From: Shigella phage vB_SsoM_113
DNA length: 64,000 nt
Sequence record: LR746311
Direction: 5' to 3' (one strand)
Shown: positions 7,930-16,873 of the stretch, piece after piece
How positions within the stretch are numbered: position 1 is the stretch's first letter
Layout of the letters: each line of letters begins with the position of its first letter
The notes under the pieces: generated by a model
Told to the model about the DNA's origin: nothing
Database searches by the model: none
Seen by the model: only the letters and a program-made list of their open reading frames with translations
Made by a program: the position numbers and the translations under genes

Positions 7930-8517
7930 ATGGACAATTCATGCGCCATGGAATGGCCCAAATTTAGAGAGAATAAAATGAGAACATTTTTAACTGGTCC
8001 TTATCTATCCCTGATGAATGCTTTTACACACCATTCTGATGCTAGAGTAGAAGAAATTTGTAAAAACGAATATATCCTGCCATTTGAAGACTTGCTTAAA
8101 CAGTATTGCACACTTCGACTAGACGGTGGACGTCAATCTGGTAAATCAATTGCTGTGACTAACTTTGCTGCTAATTGGTTGTATGATGGCGGAACAGTTA
8201 TTGTTCTTTCTAATACTTCAGCTTACGCTAAAATTTCTGCAAATAACATTAAAAAGGAATTTTCACGTTATTCTAATGATGATATACGTTTTCGTTTATT
8301 TACTGATTCTGTACGCAGTTTTATTGGTAATAAAGGAAGCAAGTTCAGAGGTTTATCGCTTTCGCGAATTTTGTATATAATTGATGAGCCTGTCAAATCT
8401 CCTGATATGGATAAGATTTACGATATTCATATTGAAACTGTGCAACACTGCTGCAATAGTAAATGCTGCATTGGCGGTATTACTCGTCCGCAGTTTTTCG
8501 TAATTGGAATGCAATGA
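7930..8517 (+). CDS. hypothetical protein with P-loop-like GGRQSGKS and C-terminal Cys cluster
   Basis: ORF track; start may instead be ATG at 7978; Walker-A-like GxxxxGKS; CCNSKCC near C-terminus. Confidence 0.55.
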   Translation: MDNSCAMEWPKFRENKMRTFLTGPYLSLMNAFTHHSDARVEEICKNEYILPFEDLLKQYCTLRLDGGRQSGKSIAVTNFAANWLYDGGTVIVLSNTSAYAKISANNIKKEFSRYSNDDIRFRLFTDSVRSFIGNKGSKFRGLSLSRILYIIDEPVKSPDMDKIYDIHIETVQHCCNSKCCIGGITRPQFFVIGMQ

Positions 8518-8843
8518 TGACAGATACGCAACTTTTCGAATATCTTTATTTTTCGCCAAAAACTATTAAAAATAAATTGGTGAATCATTTTGAAATTTTG
8601 GCAAATAACAACGTCTTGAGCGAATTTTATCCCAAGCAATACAAATTACAAAAAGGTGTATTCAAAGGATGCAGAGTTTTGTGCACTGCTCCTAATGCAA
8701 GATTAATGAATAAAATTCCATATTTTACCATGGAATTTATTGATGGACCATTTAAAGGATTAATTACTCAAAGTTTAATGGCATATGATTCTGAGCCATT
8801 TTTAATTAAAGAACAATCTTGGATAAAATTATTTTCTAATTGA
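8514..8843 (+). CDS. hypothetical protein (about 110 aa)
   Basis: ATGATG start overlapping the preceding stop; the track ORF begins upstream at 8463. Confidence 0.5.
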   Translation: MMTDTQLFEYLYFSPKTIKNKLVNHFEILANNNVLSEFYPKQYKLQKGVFKGCRVLCTAPNARLMNKIPYFTMEFIDGPFKGLITQSLMAYDSEPFLIKEQSWIKLFSN

Positions 8844-8849
8844 GGTTAT

Positions 8850-9212
8850 ATGAAAGCATATCAAATTCTTGAAGGCACACATAAAGGTACTATTTATTTT
8901 GAAGATGGTATTCAAGCACGAATTATTGTCTCTAAAACCTTTAAAGTGGACTCTTTTGTAGACCCAGAAATTTTCTACGGTTTGCATGCCCGTGAAATTG
9001 AAATTGAGCCACAGCCTACAGTTAAAATTGAAGGTGGTCAACACCTGAACGTTAACGTTCTGCGTCGTGAAACTCTGGAAGATGCAGTTAAGCATCCGGA
9101 AAAATATCCGCAGCTGACCATCCGTGTATCCGGTTATGCAGTTCGCTTTAACTCTCTGACTCCGGAACAGCAGCGCGACGTTATCGCTCGTACCTTTACT
9201 GAGAGCTTGTAA
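8850..9212 (+). CDS. autonomous glycyl radical cofactor (GrcA/YfiD-like)
   Basis: C-terminal 60 aa [60 protein letters not shown] matches recalled E. coli GrcA with glycyl-radical motif RVSGY; host-like codons in 3' half. Confidence 0.85.
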   Translation: MKAYQILEGTHKGTIYFEDGIQARIIVSKTFKVDSFVDPEIFYGLHAREIEIEPQPTVKIEGGQHLNVNVLRRETLEDAVKHPEKYPQLTIRVSGYAVRFNSLTPEQQRDVIARTFTESL

Positions 9213-9433
9213 TGGCAAAGATAATTATTGAAGGTTCTAAAGATGTGTTAAATGCTTTCGCCGAGTGGTTTAGTAATTCAGGCGAACAGCAATTTAATGA
9301 AGCGTGGACCATGGGTGATATTGATGGAATTTATCCTACGACAGAAATTTCTGTTCAAGGATATGGCATTCATGAACCTATTCGTTTAGTTGAATATGAT
9401 TTATGTACTGGTGAGGAAGTCAAATATGATTGA
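9212..9433 (+). CDS. hypothetical protein (73 aa)
   Basis: ORF track; tightly packed. Confidence 0.5.
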   Translation: MAKIIIEGSKDVLNAFAEWFSNSGEQQFNEAWTMGDIDGIYPTTEISVQGYGIHEPIRLVEYDLCTGEEVKYD

Positions 9434-9692
9434 AGATATTAAAGGTTATAAGCCACATACCGACGAAAAAATCGGTAAAGTAAATGCTATTAAAGACGCT
9501 GAAGTTCGTTTAGGACTTATCTTTGATGCTTTATATGATGAATTCTGGGAAGCACTAGATAATTGCGAAGACTTTGAACTCGCGAAGAATTATGCTGAAA
9601 GCCTCGATCAGTTAGCTATTGCTAAAACGAAACTCAAAGAAGCCAGTATGTGGGCTTGTCGTGCTGTGTTCCAACCAGAGGAAAAATACTAA
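9426..9692 (+). CDS. hypothetical protein (88 aa)
   Basis: ATG at 9426 with GGAAG upstream; track ORF starts at 9390. Confidence 0.5.
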   Translation: MIEDIKGYKPHTDEKIGKVNAIKDAEVRLGLIFDALYDEFWEALDNCEDFELAKNYAESLDQLAIAKTKLKEASMWACRAVFQPEEKY

Positions 9693-9970
9693 TGGCTCAA
9701 TTAAGCGCAGGGTTTGGTTATGAGTATTATACTGCCCCTCGTCGTGTGTCTGCTGCTCCTAAGAAAATTCAAAGTCTTGATGACTTCCAGGAAGTAGTCC
9801 GTAACGCTTTCCAGGACTATGCACGGTATCTTAAAGAAGATTCACAGGACTGTCTCGAAGAAGATGAAATTGCTTACTATACGCAGCGTCTTGAACAGCT
9901 CAAAAATCTACATGAGGTTCGTGCAGAAGTTTCAAAGTCTATGAATAAATTGATTAGATTTAAAGAATAA
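9692..9970 (+). CDS. hypothetical protein (92 aa)
   Basis: ATG overlapping preceding stop (TAATG); track ORF starts at 9650. Confidence 0.5.
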   Translation: MAQLSAGFGYEYYTAPRRVSAAPKKIQSLDDFQEVVRNAFQDYARYLKEDSQDCLEEDEIAYYTQRLEQLKNLHEVRAEVSKSMNKLIRFKE

Positions 9971-9973
9971 CTG

Positions 9974-10002
9974 TTTACTTTTCCTCTTGACTGTGGTATA
10001 AT
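9974..10002 (+). promoter_or_regulatory. T4-type early promoter with flanking dyad
   Basis: GTTTAC, 17-bp spacer, TGGTATAAT; inverted repeat CTCTTGACTG / CAGTTAAGAG brackets the -10. Confidence 0.7.
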
Positions 10003-10029
10003 TTTTCTATCAGTTAAGAGGAGAACAAC

Positions 10030-10491
10030 ATGACTATCAATACAGAAGTTTTTATCCGTCGAAATAAGCTTCGTCGTCATTTTGAGTCGGAGTTTCGTCA
10101 AATTAACAATGAGATTCGTGAGGCATCAAAAGCAGCAGGAGTCTCATCGTTTCATCTAAAATATTCTCAACATCTTCTTGATCGTGCAATTCAACGGGAG
10201 ATTGATGAGACATATGTTTTTGAATTATTCCATAAAATAAAAGACCATGTTTTAGAAGTTAATGAATTCCTGAGTATGCCTCCGCGTCCTGACATTGACG
10301 AGGATTTTATTGATGGGGTTGAATATCGTCCTGGACGTTTAGAAATCACAGATGGAAATCTTTGGCTTGGATTTACGGTTTGTAAGCCTAATGAGAAGTT
10401 CAAAAACCCGTCACTTCAATGCAGGATGGCAATTATCAACAGTCGTCGTTTACCAGGAAAGGCTTCTAAAGCAGTAATTAAAACTCAATGA
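10030..10491 (+). CDS. regB: RegB endoribonuclease
   Basis: 153 aa; matches recalled T4 RegB in length and N-terminus MTINTEVFIRRNKLRRHFESEF. Confidence 0.85.
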   Translation: MTINTEVFIRRNKLRRHFESEFRQINNEIREASKAAGVSSFHLKYSQHLLDRAIQREIDETYVFELFHKIKDHVLEVNEFLSMPPRPDIDEDFIDGVEYRPGRLEITDGNLWLGFTVCKPNEKFKNPSLQCRMAIINSRRLPGKASKAVIKTQ

Positions 10492-10498
10492 GGTAAGC

Positions 10499-11044
10499 AT
10501 GAGAAAAGCACTACTCGCTGGTCTATTGGCCATTTCAATGATGGCACATAGCTCCGAGCATACTTTCAGTAATGTCCAACTCGATAACATGCGTTACGCA
10601 TATCAATTCGGGGAACAATTTTCTAAGGATGGAAAATATAAAACACACAAAAATATCCACAAGAGCGGATTAGGTCATATAATGGCTGCTATTTTGTGGC
10701 AAGAAAGCTCTGCCGGAGTTAATTTAAAATCTAAACCAAAGCATCATGCCTATGGAATGTTCCAAAATTATTTGCCTACTATGCGAGCAAGAGTTAAGGA
10801 ACTTGGTTATAATATGACCGATGCTGAAATAAAAAGAATGTTGAATAAACGGTCCAATTCAGCTTCCTGGGCGTACATTGAACTTTCTTATTGGTTAAAT
10901 ATACATAAGGGCGATATAAGAAAGGCGATATCCTCTTATAATTCGGGATGGAATGTTAAAGCAGGTTCTAAATATGCTTCTGAAGTCCTAGAAAAGGCTA
11001 ATTACCTTAAAAATAATAAACTTTTGGAAATAGTAAATGACTAA
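10499..11044 (+). CDS. secreted protein with signal peptide (Vs.1-like position)
   Basis: N-terminal signal peptide MRKALLAGLLAISMMAHS; 181 aa. Confidence 0.6.
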   Translation: MRKALLAGLLAISMMAHSSEHTFSNVQLDNMRYAYQFGEQFSKDGKYKTHKNIHKSGLGHIMAAILWQESSAGVNLKSKPKHHAYGMFQNYLPTMRARVKELGYNMTDAEIKRMLNKRSNSASWAYIELSYWLNIHKGDIRKAISSYNSGWNVKAGSKYASEVLEKANYLKNNKLLEIVND

Positions 11045-11384
11045 AATTTTGGTTTTATGTATAGGATTAATTTCATTTTCTGCTTCTGCGTTAGCAGATA
11101 CATCATATACTGAAATTAGAGAGTATGTAAACCGTACTGCCGCGGATTATTGTGGGAAAAATAAAGCATGCCAAGCTGAATTTGCGCAGAAATTAATATA
11201 TGCATATAAAGACGGAGAAAGAGATAAATCAAGCAGATACAAAAATGATACATTGTTAAAACGATATGCTAAAAAGTGGAATACCTTAGAATGTTCAGTT
11301 GCGGAGGAGAAAGATAAAGCCGCTTGTCATTCAATGGTTGACCGTTTAGTAGATTCTTATAATCGAGGATTGAGTACTAGATGA
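11037..11384 (+). CDS. vs: valyl-tRNA synthetase modifier-like (115 aa)
   Basis: 115 aa as recalled for T4 Vs and in the regB/tk interval; identity not verified. Confidence 0.45.
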   Translation: MTKILVLCIGLISFSASALADTSYTEIREYVNRTAADYCGKNKACQAEFAQKLIYAYKDGERDKSSRYKNDTLLKRYAKKWNTLECSVAEEKDKAACHSMVDRLVDSYNRGLSTR

Positions 11385-11860
11385 TTGTAAAATATATCAA
11401 GGGCGATATTGTCGCCCTATTTCTTCAAGGTAATATTATTGCGCACGGGTGCAATTGCTTCCACACAATGGGCTCTGGCGTAGCGGGTCAATTAGCAAGA
11501 GCCTATCCCAAAATTTTAGAAATAGATAAAACCACTACCGAGTACGGTTCTCGTGATAAATTAGGCGATATGTCTATTGTTTTTAAACATAGTCCTACGG
11601 GATTTGGTATATGCTATAACCTGTATACACAATACGAACCGGGTCCTAATCTTGATTATGGTGCTTTAGTAAACTGCATGATAGAATTAAATCTACAGGC
11701 AGAAACCCTTTTGTTTAAACCAGTAATTTACATTCCACGTATAGGTTGCGGTATTGCTGGCGGCGATTGGGATAAGGTTTCTAAATTAATCGACATGTTT
11801 ACTCCTGATATTGATTTAATAGTGGTGGATTATGAAAGTACATTACCCGCATCCGTTTGA
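11381..11860 (+). CDS. macro domain protein (ADP-ribose binding/processing)
   Basis: Macro-domain glycine-rich motifs NIIAHGCNC...GSGVAG and IGCGIAGG; 159 aa. Confidence 0.7.
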   Translation: MIVKYIKGDIVALFLQGNIIAHGCNCFHTMGSGVAGQLARAYPKILEIDKTTTEYGSRDKLGDMSIVFKHSPTGFGICYNLYTQYEPGPNLDYGALVNCMIELNLQAETLLFKPVIYIPRIGCGIAGGDWDKVSKLIDMFTPDIDLIVVDYESTLPASV

Positions 11861-12044
11861 TCCTAAAAACAAAGTGGAAATTATTCGTCAATGGGAACGC
11901 ATTTGCCGTACTAAATGCCCAATTAATAGTCCACATGGTGTAGATAAAGACTATATTGGAACATTCGTTGAATATACCTTTATTGATAAGAAAGGTCGTA
12001 AACAACACGTAGAAGAATATTGTTTAAAGGTTACATGGTTATGA
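11832..12044 (+). CDS. hypothetical protein (70 aa)
   Basis: ORF track. Confidence 0.45.
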   Translation: MKVHYPHPFDPKNKVEIIRQWERICRTKCPINSPHGVDKDYIGTFVEYTFIDKKGRKQHVEEYCLKVTWL

Positions 12045-12247
12045 GCCAAACAAGTATTCTTAAAAATGCCCACTGCGAAAAGTGTGAATGGCCAGTTGTT
12101 TTTGCTTTATGTAATGATGAAATGGCTTGTGATTTCGATTATTGGTGCTATTGTTCTAATAAAGGATGCATCAATCATAAAGGTGAAGGATTTTATTCAG
12201 GATTTTATCCTTATCCCGATTTCGTTAAAGAAGGTAAACCAAAATGA
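12020..12247 (+). CDS. hypothetical Cys-rich small protein
   Basis: ORF track; CxxC pairs (CEKCEW, CYCSNKGC) suggest metal binding; start uncertain. Confidence 0.45.
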   Translation: MFKGYMVMSQTSILKNAHCEKCEWPVVFALCNDEMACDFDYWCYCSNKGCINHKGEGFYSGFYPYPDFVKEGKPK

Positions 12248-12417
12248 ATAGTTTTGAGTTACAATATGAAGTGTTATGTGAGCTTGATAATTTAATTGAA
12301 CTCGCTGTCAATAAAGGTTTTGCCATTGGAATCGGTCAAAAAGATACTGGTCATTTAACTATGGAAATATTTAAGCAAAAGCGAATTATTTTAAAACTCC
12401 TGGAAATTAATATATGA
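12244..12417 (+). CDS. hypothetical small protein (57 aa)
   Basis: Hand-translated ORF MNSFELQYEVLCELDNLIELAVNKGF..., start overlapping preceding stop; below the track's 60-aa cut-off. Confidence 0.4.
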   Translation: MNSFELQYEVLCELDNLIELAVNKGFAIGIGQKDTGHLTMEIFKQKRIILKLLEINI

Positions 12418-12599
12418 GTCTGAGTAAAGAACAAAAAGATAAATTGTTTGAGCTTATCCATGAACTTCTAGATGAGCATACAGAAGCAAACACCTTTTAT
12501 GATGAATGCGGCCCGCTATCTCCCGATCAGCAAGAAGAATTTGCTGATCGGTTTGATAAGAAAGAAAACGAATTAATAGCTTATGTGAATACGCTTTAA
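12414..12599 (+). CDS. hypothetical small helical protein (61 aa)
   Basis: ORF track; shares the N-terminal pattern of the 14230-15331 array. Confidence 0.5.
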   Translation: MSLSKEQKDKLFELIHELLDEHTEANTFYDECGPLSPDQQEEFADRFDKKENELIAYVNTL

Positions 12600-12608
12600 G
12601 AAGGTGAT

Positions 12609-13190
12609 ATGGCGAGTTTAATTTTTACTTACGCAGCAATGAATGCTGGAAAATCTGCTTCTCTTTTGACTGCTGCACATAATTATAAAGAACGCGGAAT
12701 GGGTGTATTAGTTCTTAAGCCTGCTATTGATACTCGCGATTCTGTCTGTGAAGTCGTTTCTCGCATTGGAATTAAGCAGGAAGCGAATATTATTACGGAT
12801 GATATGGATATTTTTGAGTTCTATAAATGGGCTGAAGCACAAAAAGATATTCATTGTGTATTTGTAGATGAAGCCCAGTTTTTAAAAACTGAACAGGTGC
12901 ATCAATTAAGCCGAATTGTTGATACATATAATGTTCCTGTTATGGCTTATGGACTAAGGACTGATTTCGCTGGAAAATTATTTGAAGGTTCTAAAGAACT
13001 TTTGGCGATTGCAGATAAACTTATTGAACTAAAGGCAGTTTGTCATTGTGGTAAAAAAGCTATTATGACAGCTCGATTAATGGAAGATGGAACACCAGTT
13101 AAAGAAGGTAATCAAATCTGTATTGGTGATGAAATTTATGTTTCTTTGTGTAGAAAACATTGGAATGAATTAACTAAAAAGCTCGGTTAG
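12609..13190 (+). CDS. tk: thymidine kinase
   Basis: 193 aa; P-loop MNAGKSASLL; matches recalled T4 Tk. Confidence 0.95.
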   Translation: MASLIFTYAAMNAGKSASLLTAAHNYKERGMGVLVLKPAIDTRDSVCEVVSRIGIKQEANIITDDMDIFEFYKWAEAQKDIHCVFVDEAQFLKTEQVHQLSRIVDTYNVPVMAYGLRTDFAGKLFEGSKELLAIADKLIELKAVCHCGKKAIMTARLMEDGTPVKEGNQICIGDEIYVSLCRKHWNELTKKLG

Positions 13191-13200
13191 TGTAAAAGTT

Positions 13201-13208
13201 ATAAATAG
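13201..13208 (+). promoter_or_regulatory. late promoter box TATAAATA
   Basis: Exact TATAAATA about 25 nt upstream of ORF 13233. Confidence 0.55.
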
Positions 13209-13232
13209 GTTTATCTAACTAAAGGGGTATAT

Positions 13233-13445
13233 ATGCTACAATTAACTGAAAAGCAACTTCGCAATCTTACTGTTCTTCAATTAGATGAAATTCGTAGGGA
13301 AGTTGGAAATATCATTTCAGCTTTGCGTCGAGAAGTATCACTCAACCAATCTCCGGCAGACTATACTAGATTGCGAAATTTTGAAAAATACCTTGATAAA
13401 GTTAAGGCCGTGCATCGGCATAAAGTAAATACAGGACAAAAATGA
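13233..13445 (+). CDS. hypothetical protein (70 aa)
   Basis: ORF track; SD AAAGGGG upstream. Confidence 0.55.
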
Positions 13446-13457
13446 TAGGAGGCCTTT

Positions 13458-13751
13458 ATGGCCTTAAAAGCAACGGCACTATTTGCCATGCTAGGATTAG
13501 CGTTTGCTTTATCTCCACCAATTGAAGCGAATGTCGATCCTCATTTTGATAAATTTATGGAATCTGGTATTAGACACGTTTATATGCTTTTTGAAAATAA
13601 AAGCGTAGAATCATCTGAACAGTTCTATAGTTTTATGCGAACGACTTATAAAAATGACCCGTGCTCTTCCGATTTTGAATGTATAGAGCGAGGCGCGGAG
13701 ATGGCACAATCATACGCTAGAATTATGAACATTAAATTGGAGACTGAATGA
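13458..13751 (+). CDS. rI: lysis inhibition regulator RI
   Basis: 97 aa with N-terminal signal-anchor; MALKATALFAMLGL...NVDPHFDKFMESGIRHVYMLF matches recalled T4 RI. Confidence 0.9.
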   Translation: MALKATALFAMLGLAFALSPPIEANVDPHFDKFMESGIRHVYMLFENKSVESSEQFYSFMRTTYKNDPCSSDFECIERGAEMAQSYARIMNIKLETE

Positions 13752-14134
13752 AATTCAGCGACTTTTCACAAAGTGGAAAACCTTCAAAGGCAGATGAATA
13801 CTTAGGTTTATTAATGGCTGCACAAGCTTATTTTCATTCTGCACATTTTGAAACTAAAAGTTATGCTAGACACAAAGCATACGATTTTATTTTCTCTGAA
13901 TTGCCAGATTTGATTGATAAATTTGGTGAGCAATATTTGGGGTATTCTGGTAGAAAATACACGCCTTCTATTCCAGATGCCAGTAAACTTCCTACCGATA
14001 CAATTAAAATGATTGATCACATACTAGATCAATCTAACAGCATTTATAAAGAAATGCCTCCAGCCATTCAAAGCACGATAGATGATATCACTGGGATGTT
14101 TTACCAGAGTAAATATCTTCTTTCCCTCGAATAA
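13748..14134 (+). CDS. hypothetical protein (128 aa)
   Basis: ORF track; start overlaps rI stop. Confidence 0.6.
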   Translation: MKFSDFSQSGKPSKADEYLGLLMAAQAYFHSAHFETKSYARHKAYDFIFSELPDLIDKFGEQYLGYSGRKYTPSIPDASKLPTDTIKMIDHILDQSNSIYKEMPPAIQSTIDDITGMFYQSKYLLSLE

Positions 14135-14138
14135 CATT

Positions 14139-14162
14139 AGTCTCCTTCGGGAGACTTTTTTC
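14139..14162 (+). terminator. rho-independent terminator
   Basis: AGTCTCC-TTCG-GGAGACT followed by TTTTTT. Confidence 0.75.
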
Positions 14163-14171
14163 ATTTTACCG

Positions 14172-14201
14172 GTTTACTTTCAATTTGAGCTGTGATACTA
14201 T
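14172..14201 (+). promoter_or_regulatory. T4-type early promoter
   Basis: GTTTAC, 18-bp spacer, TGATACTAT. Confidence 0.65.
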
Positions 14202-14229
14202 ACAACCATCGGATAAAGAGGAGAACAAC

Positions 14230-14418
14230 ATGAAAATTGAAGCACTCAATCAAGAAGGAAATATCTACGTCATCATTAATGGTGATTTTTTCGTCGACAT
14301 GGATGAAGTTACTAGTGAAGAACTTGTAGAACTTCTTAAGAAACGTTATGATATGTGTGATGAAGCTGCAACTCATATGGCGTGTGCAATATTCTCTCTT
14401 TCATATGTGGTGGAATAA
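14230..14418 (+). CDS. small helical protein (62 aa), member of tandem small-ORF array
   Basis: ATG at 14230 with GAGGAG upstream. Confidence 0.55.
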   Translation: MKIEALNQEGNIYVIINGDFFVDMDEVTSEELVELLKKRYDMCDEAATHMACAIFSLSYVVE

Positions 14419-14621
14419 TGACTAGAATTGAACAAGCAGATAAAATTAAAGAATTGGTAGCTTTAATTCGCAAAGCAGATGAGGAACTTAGTGACTTTGC
14501 TTGGTTTTCGGCAGGCATTGCAAATAAAGGTATTGAAAAATTTGAAGCTAAAGTTAATAATGCTGTAGAAGCTTTAGATATGTTTCTTGATGAAATTATC
14601 GATCATAATACGAGAGTTTAA
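14418..14621 (+). CDS. small helical protein (67 aa), array member
   Basis: ATG overlapping preceding stop; [17 protein letters not shown]... Confidence 0.55.
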   Translation: MTRIEQADKIKELVALIRKADEELSDFAWFSAGIANKGIEKFEAKVNNAVEALDMFLDEIIDHNTRV

Positions 14622-14623
14622 GT

Positions 14624-14818
14624 ATGCTGACAAGTGAACAGTTTGAAAAAATCATTAAATTAGCACGTGATATTGAAATAGATTCATACCAATTAGCAGT
14701 TGAGCATTGTGAAGGATACTCATACGATGGTATAGAAGCAGCTAAAAAGGATTTGGATAAATCCAAAGCTAAGTTAGTTCAATATCTTGAAATGATTAGG
14801 TGGAATAATGAAAACTGA
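14624..14818 (+). CDS. small helical protein (64 aa), array member
   Basis: ORF track; MLTSEQFEKIIKLARDI... Confidence 0.55.
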   Translation: MLTSEQFEKIIKLARDIEIDSYQLAVEHCEGYSYDGIEAAKKDLDKSKAKLVQYLEMIRWNNEN

Positions 14819-14982
14819 AAAGCAGATGTTTTTAATGAAGCTAATTGAAGAATATGCTAATGCAGTTTCTGACTATGAGTATTCTGCTCGGGAAAGAGGT
14901 ACAGCTTTCGCAAAGGAAGAAATGAAAATCATGGTTGATGCTCACACAAAGCTTCAGAATTTTATTGAAAACGTCATTTAAT
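14809..14982 (+). CDS. small helical protein (57 aa), array member
   Basis: Hand-translated ORF MKTEKQMFLMKLIEEYANAV... Confidence 0.4.
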
Positions 14983-14983
14983 G

Positions 14984-15013
14984 GTTTACAAGTTGGCAAG
15001 GTTATGGTATAGT
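14984..15013 (+). promoter_or_regulatory. T4-type early promoter with imperfect flanking dyad
   Basis: GTTTAC, 18-bp spacer, TGGTATAGT. Confidence 0.65.
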
Positions 15014-15145
15014 AATCTTGTCAACTGCCAAGGAGAAGAGAATGAAAGTTTTGTTTGTTGTGTATGTGATGATTCAATACAATTACCCAATGTTTACTTA
15101 TAATCTGGTGAACAACATTATTGATATTATTCAAAGGAGCATGTA

Positions 15146-15331
15146 ATGACAGATGAACAAGCTTTTAAGTTAAGAGAATTAATTGAGACTTATAGTAAAG
15201 CTGTTCGTGCATCAACAATTATTGATGAATCAGCTTTCTCCGGACACGCTAATAAGATTAAATACAAAACTCTTATGGAAGAAGCTAAAGTAAATCTTGA
15301 TTCTTATATTAAAACTTTAATTGGTAAATAA
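15146..15331 (+). CDS. small helical protein (61 aa), array member
   Basis: ORF track; SD AAGGAG upstream; MTDEQAFKLRELIETY... Confidence 0.55.
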   Translation: MTDEQAFKLRELIETYSKAVRASTIIDESAFSGHANKIKYKTLMEEAKVNLDSYIKTLIGK

Positions 15332-15332
15332 T

Positions 15333-15875
15333 ATGAAAGCTATTATTGAAACAACTGATTTGTTCGGTGATCTAGTTATCGAAAAACGTGGTAATGTATA
15401 CGTTCTGACACAGGAAGACGATAGTATTACTATTCTTCCTATGGAACTAGCTGCGATTTTATCTTATACTCCCCCAGGAGTTACCAGTGTAACTAATATC
15501 ACAGGCGACCTCCAAGTTCGTTTTTATCGTGGCACTCACGGTGGTAATATTGAAACTGAACTTGTGTGTCTTTCTATCAATAATTGGGCAACATTCGTTG
15601 TTAAGGTGAAAGAATTCTTGGAATCTGAATCAGCCGAAACATCTGAAAAGGCTAAACTTCAATGGGCTAAAGATCGCAGTGCTAGCATTATTAATCCAGT
15701 AGCTGCAAACTATACTACGACTTTGGATGTCAAAACTTCTTATGAAGATGGTGATGTCGTACTTGTTCGCCAAATTGATGATTCTCGAGCACATATTGTC
15801 ACATTTACCAAAGACGAAGCTATTGCGCTAAAGACTTATCTCGATTCTGTCATTCCAACTATGATTTCAAAGTGA
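15333..15875 (+). CDS. hypothetical protein (180 aa), paralog of next gene
   Basis: ATG at 15333; C-terminus DEAIALKTYLDSVIPTM resembles SEAEAMIKYLTTVTPSM of the next ORF. Confidence 0.6.
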   Translation: MKAIIETTDLFGDLVIEKRGNVYVLTQEDDSITILPMELAAILSYTPPGVTSVTNITGDLQVRFYRGTHGGNIETELVCLSINNWATFVVKVKEFLESESAETSEKAKLQWAKDRSASIINPVAANYTTTLDVKTSYEDGDVVLVRQIDDSRAHIVTFTKDEAIALKTYLDSVIPTMISK

Positions 15876-15881
15876 GGAAAT

Positions 15882-16403
15882 ATGTTTATTTCAAGTGAAA
15901 GCGGTTTAATTCGTGTTGAATTTAAAAATGACATCTTTCTTATTCAAGGAGATGATATTATTAAAATGAGTTATGATGAAATCAAGAAAATTTGTCATGC
16001 TCTTGAAAGTCATGGAAAAGTGAACGCTGTTATTGATATAGGTGATTTATGGGTGACACTTTATGAAGTATCCGAAGGATTTAACATTGAAGATGAAAAC
16101 AACATCTTAGCTATTGACAAAAGAAGTGATTTGTTTGATGTGTTAAAAGTTTATGAACAGTCAAACGGTGGAAGAAAAGCTGCATTGATTTATCAAAAAC
16201 CACATTCATGTGGAACTGCTTCAATCATTTCAGATATTGAAGATGAAACTGATACTTATATGTGTGTTTTAAAAGCTGGTGGTGACCGTCATCCGGATTT
16301 TATTTCTATTCGTCAAAACAATGGAGAAATTTCATTATCAAAATCAGAAGCTGAAGCTATGATTAAGTATTTAACAACTGTTACACCTTCAATGAAAGGA
16401 TGA
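15882..16403 (+). CDS. hypothetical protein (173 aa), paralog of previous gene
   Basis: ORF track; SD GAGGAA upstream. Confidence 0.6.
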   Translation: MFISSESGLIRVEFKNDIFLIQGDDIIKMSYDEIKKICHALESHGKVNAVIDIGDLWVTLYEVSEGFNIEDENNILAIDKRSDLFDVLKVYEQSNGGRKAALIYQKPHSCGTASIISDIEDETDTYMCVLKAGGDRHPDFISIRQNNGEISLSKSEAEAMIKYLTTVTPSMKG

Positions 16404-16873
16404 TTATAATTATGGTTATTAATGAAAACTCTTGGCATTATAAATTATTCAAAATGTTTAACGACGAATGGAAACGACCTAAGACACTTTGTGCATATTT
16501 TTGGTCTATTGTTATCCCTACATTTTTCGTTTCTTTTTTCGGATGTACTATACTCGCAGGTCTAACTATTATCTGTGCAGAAATCATACAGAAATGGCTT
16601 ATTTTTGGTAGTTTATGGACTCTTATTCCATCAGCATTTATACTTGCCATTTTGCTTGTTTTACTTATTATTGGTTCATTTGTTATTCCTGCACAACTAC
16701 ATGAAAAATATAAAGATTATAAATGGAAAAAGGATTATGCTTTACATGTAGAAAATATTGATAGGGCGTATAAAGGTTTACCTCCTATTCAACCCAAGAA
16801 ATCTATTATCGTCGAATTTTTAAAAGCGCGTAAAGCTAAAGTATGTCCTGTTATTGAATATAAGGCTGAATGA
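16400..16873 (+). CDS. membrane protein (157 aa, about three TM helices)
   Basis: ORF track; hydrophobic segments. Confidence 0.6.
   Translation: MIIIMVINENSWHYKLFKMFNDEWKRPKTLCAYFWSIVIPTFFVSFFGCTILAGLTIICAEIIQKWLIFGSLWTLIPSAFILAILLVLLIIGSFVIPAQLHEKYKDYKWKKDYALHVENIDRAYKGLPPIQPKKSIIVEFLKARKAKVCPVIEYKAE

Noticed and set aside
8165-8380. Alternative-frame + strand ORFs nested in larger genes (8165, 17339, 22927, 35550, 37650, 43793, 45005, 47902, 50905, 55738)
   Set aside because: Each is out of frame inside a better-supported gene and has hydrophobic or low-complexity composition typical of frame artefacts.
15042-15146. 34-codon ORF between promoter 14984 and ORF 15146
   Set aside because: Lies within the promoter/leader, has no SD and is more likely untranslated leader sequence.
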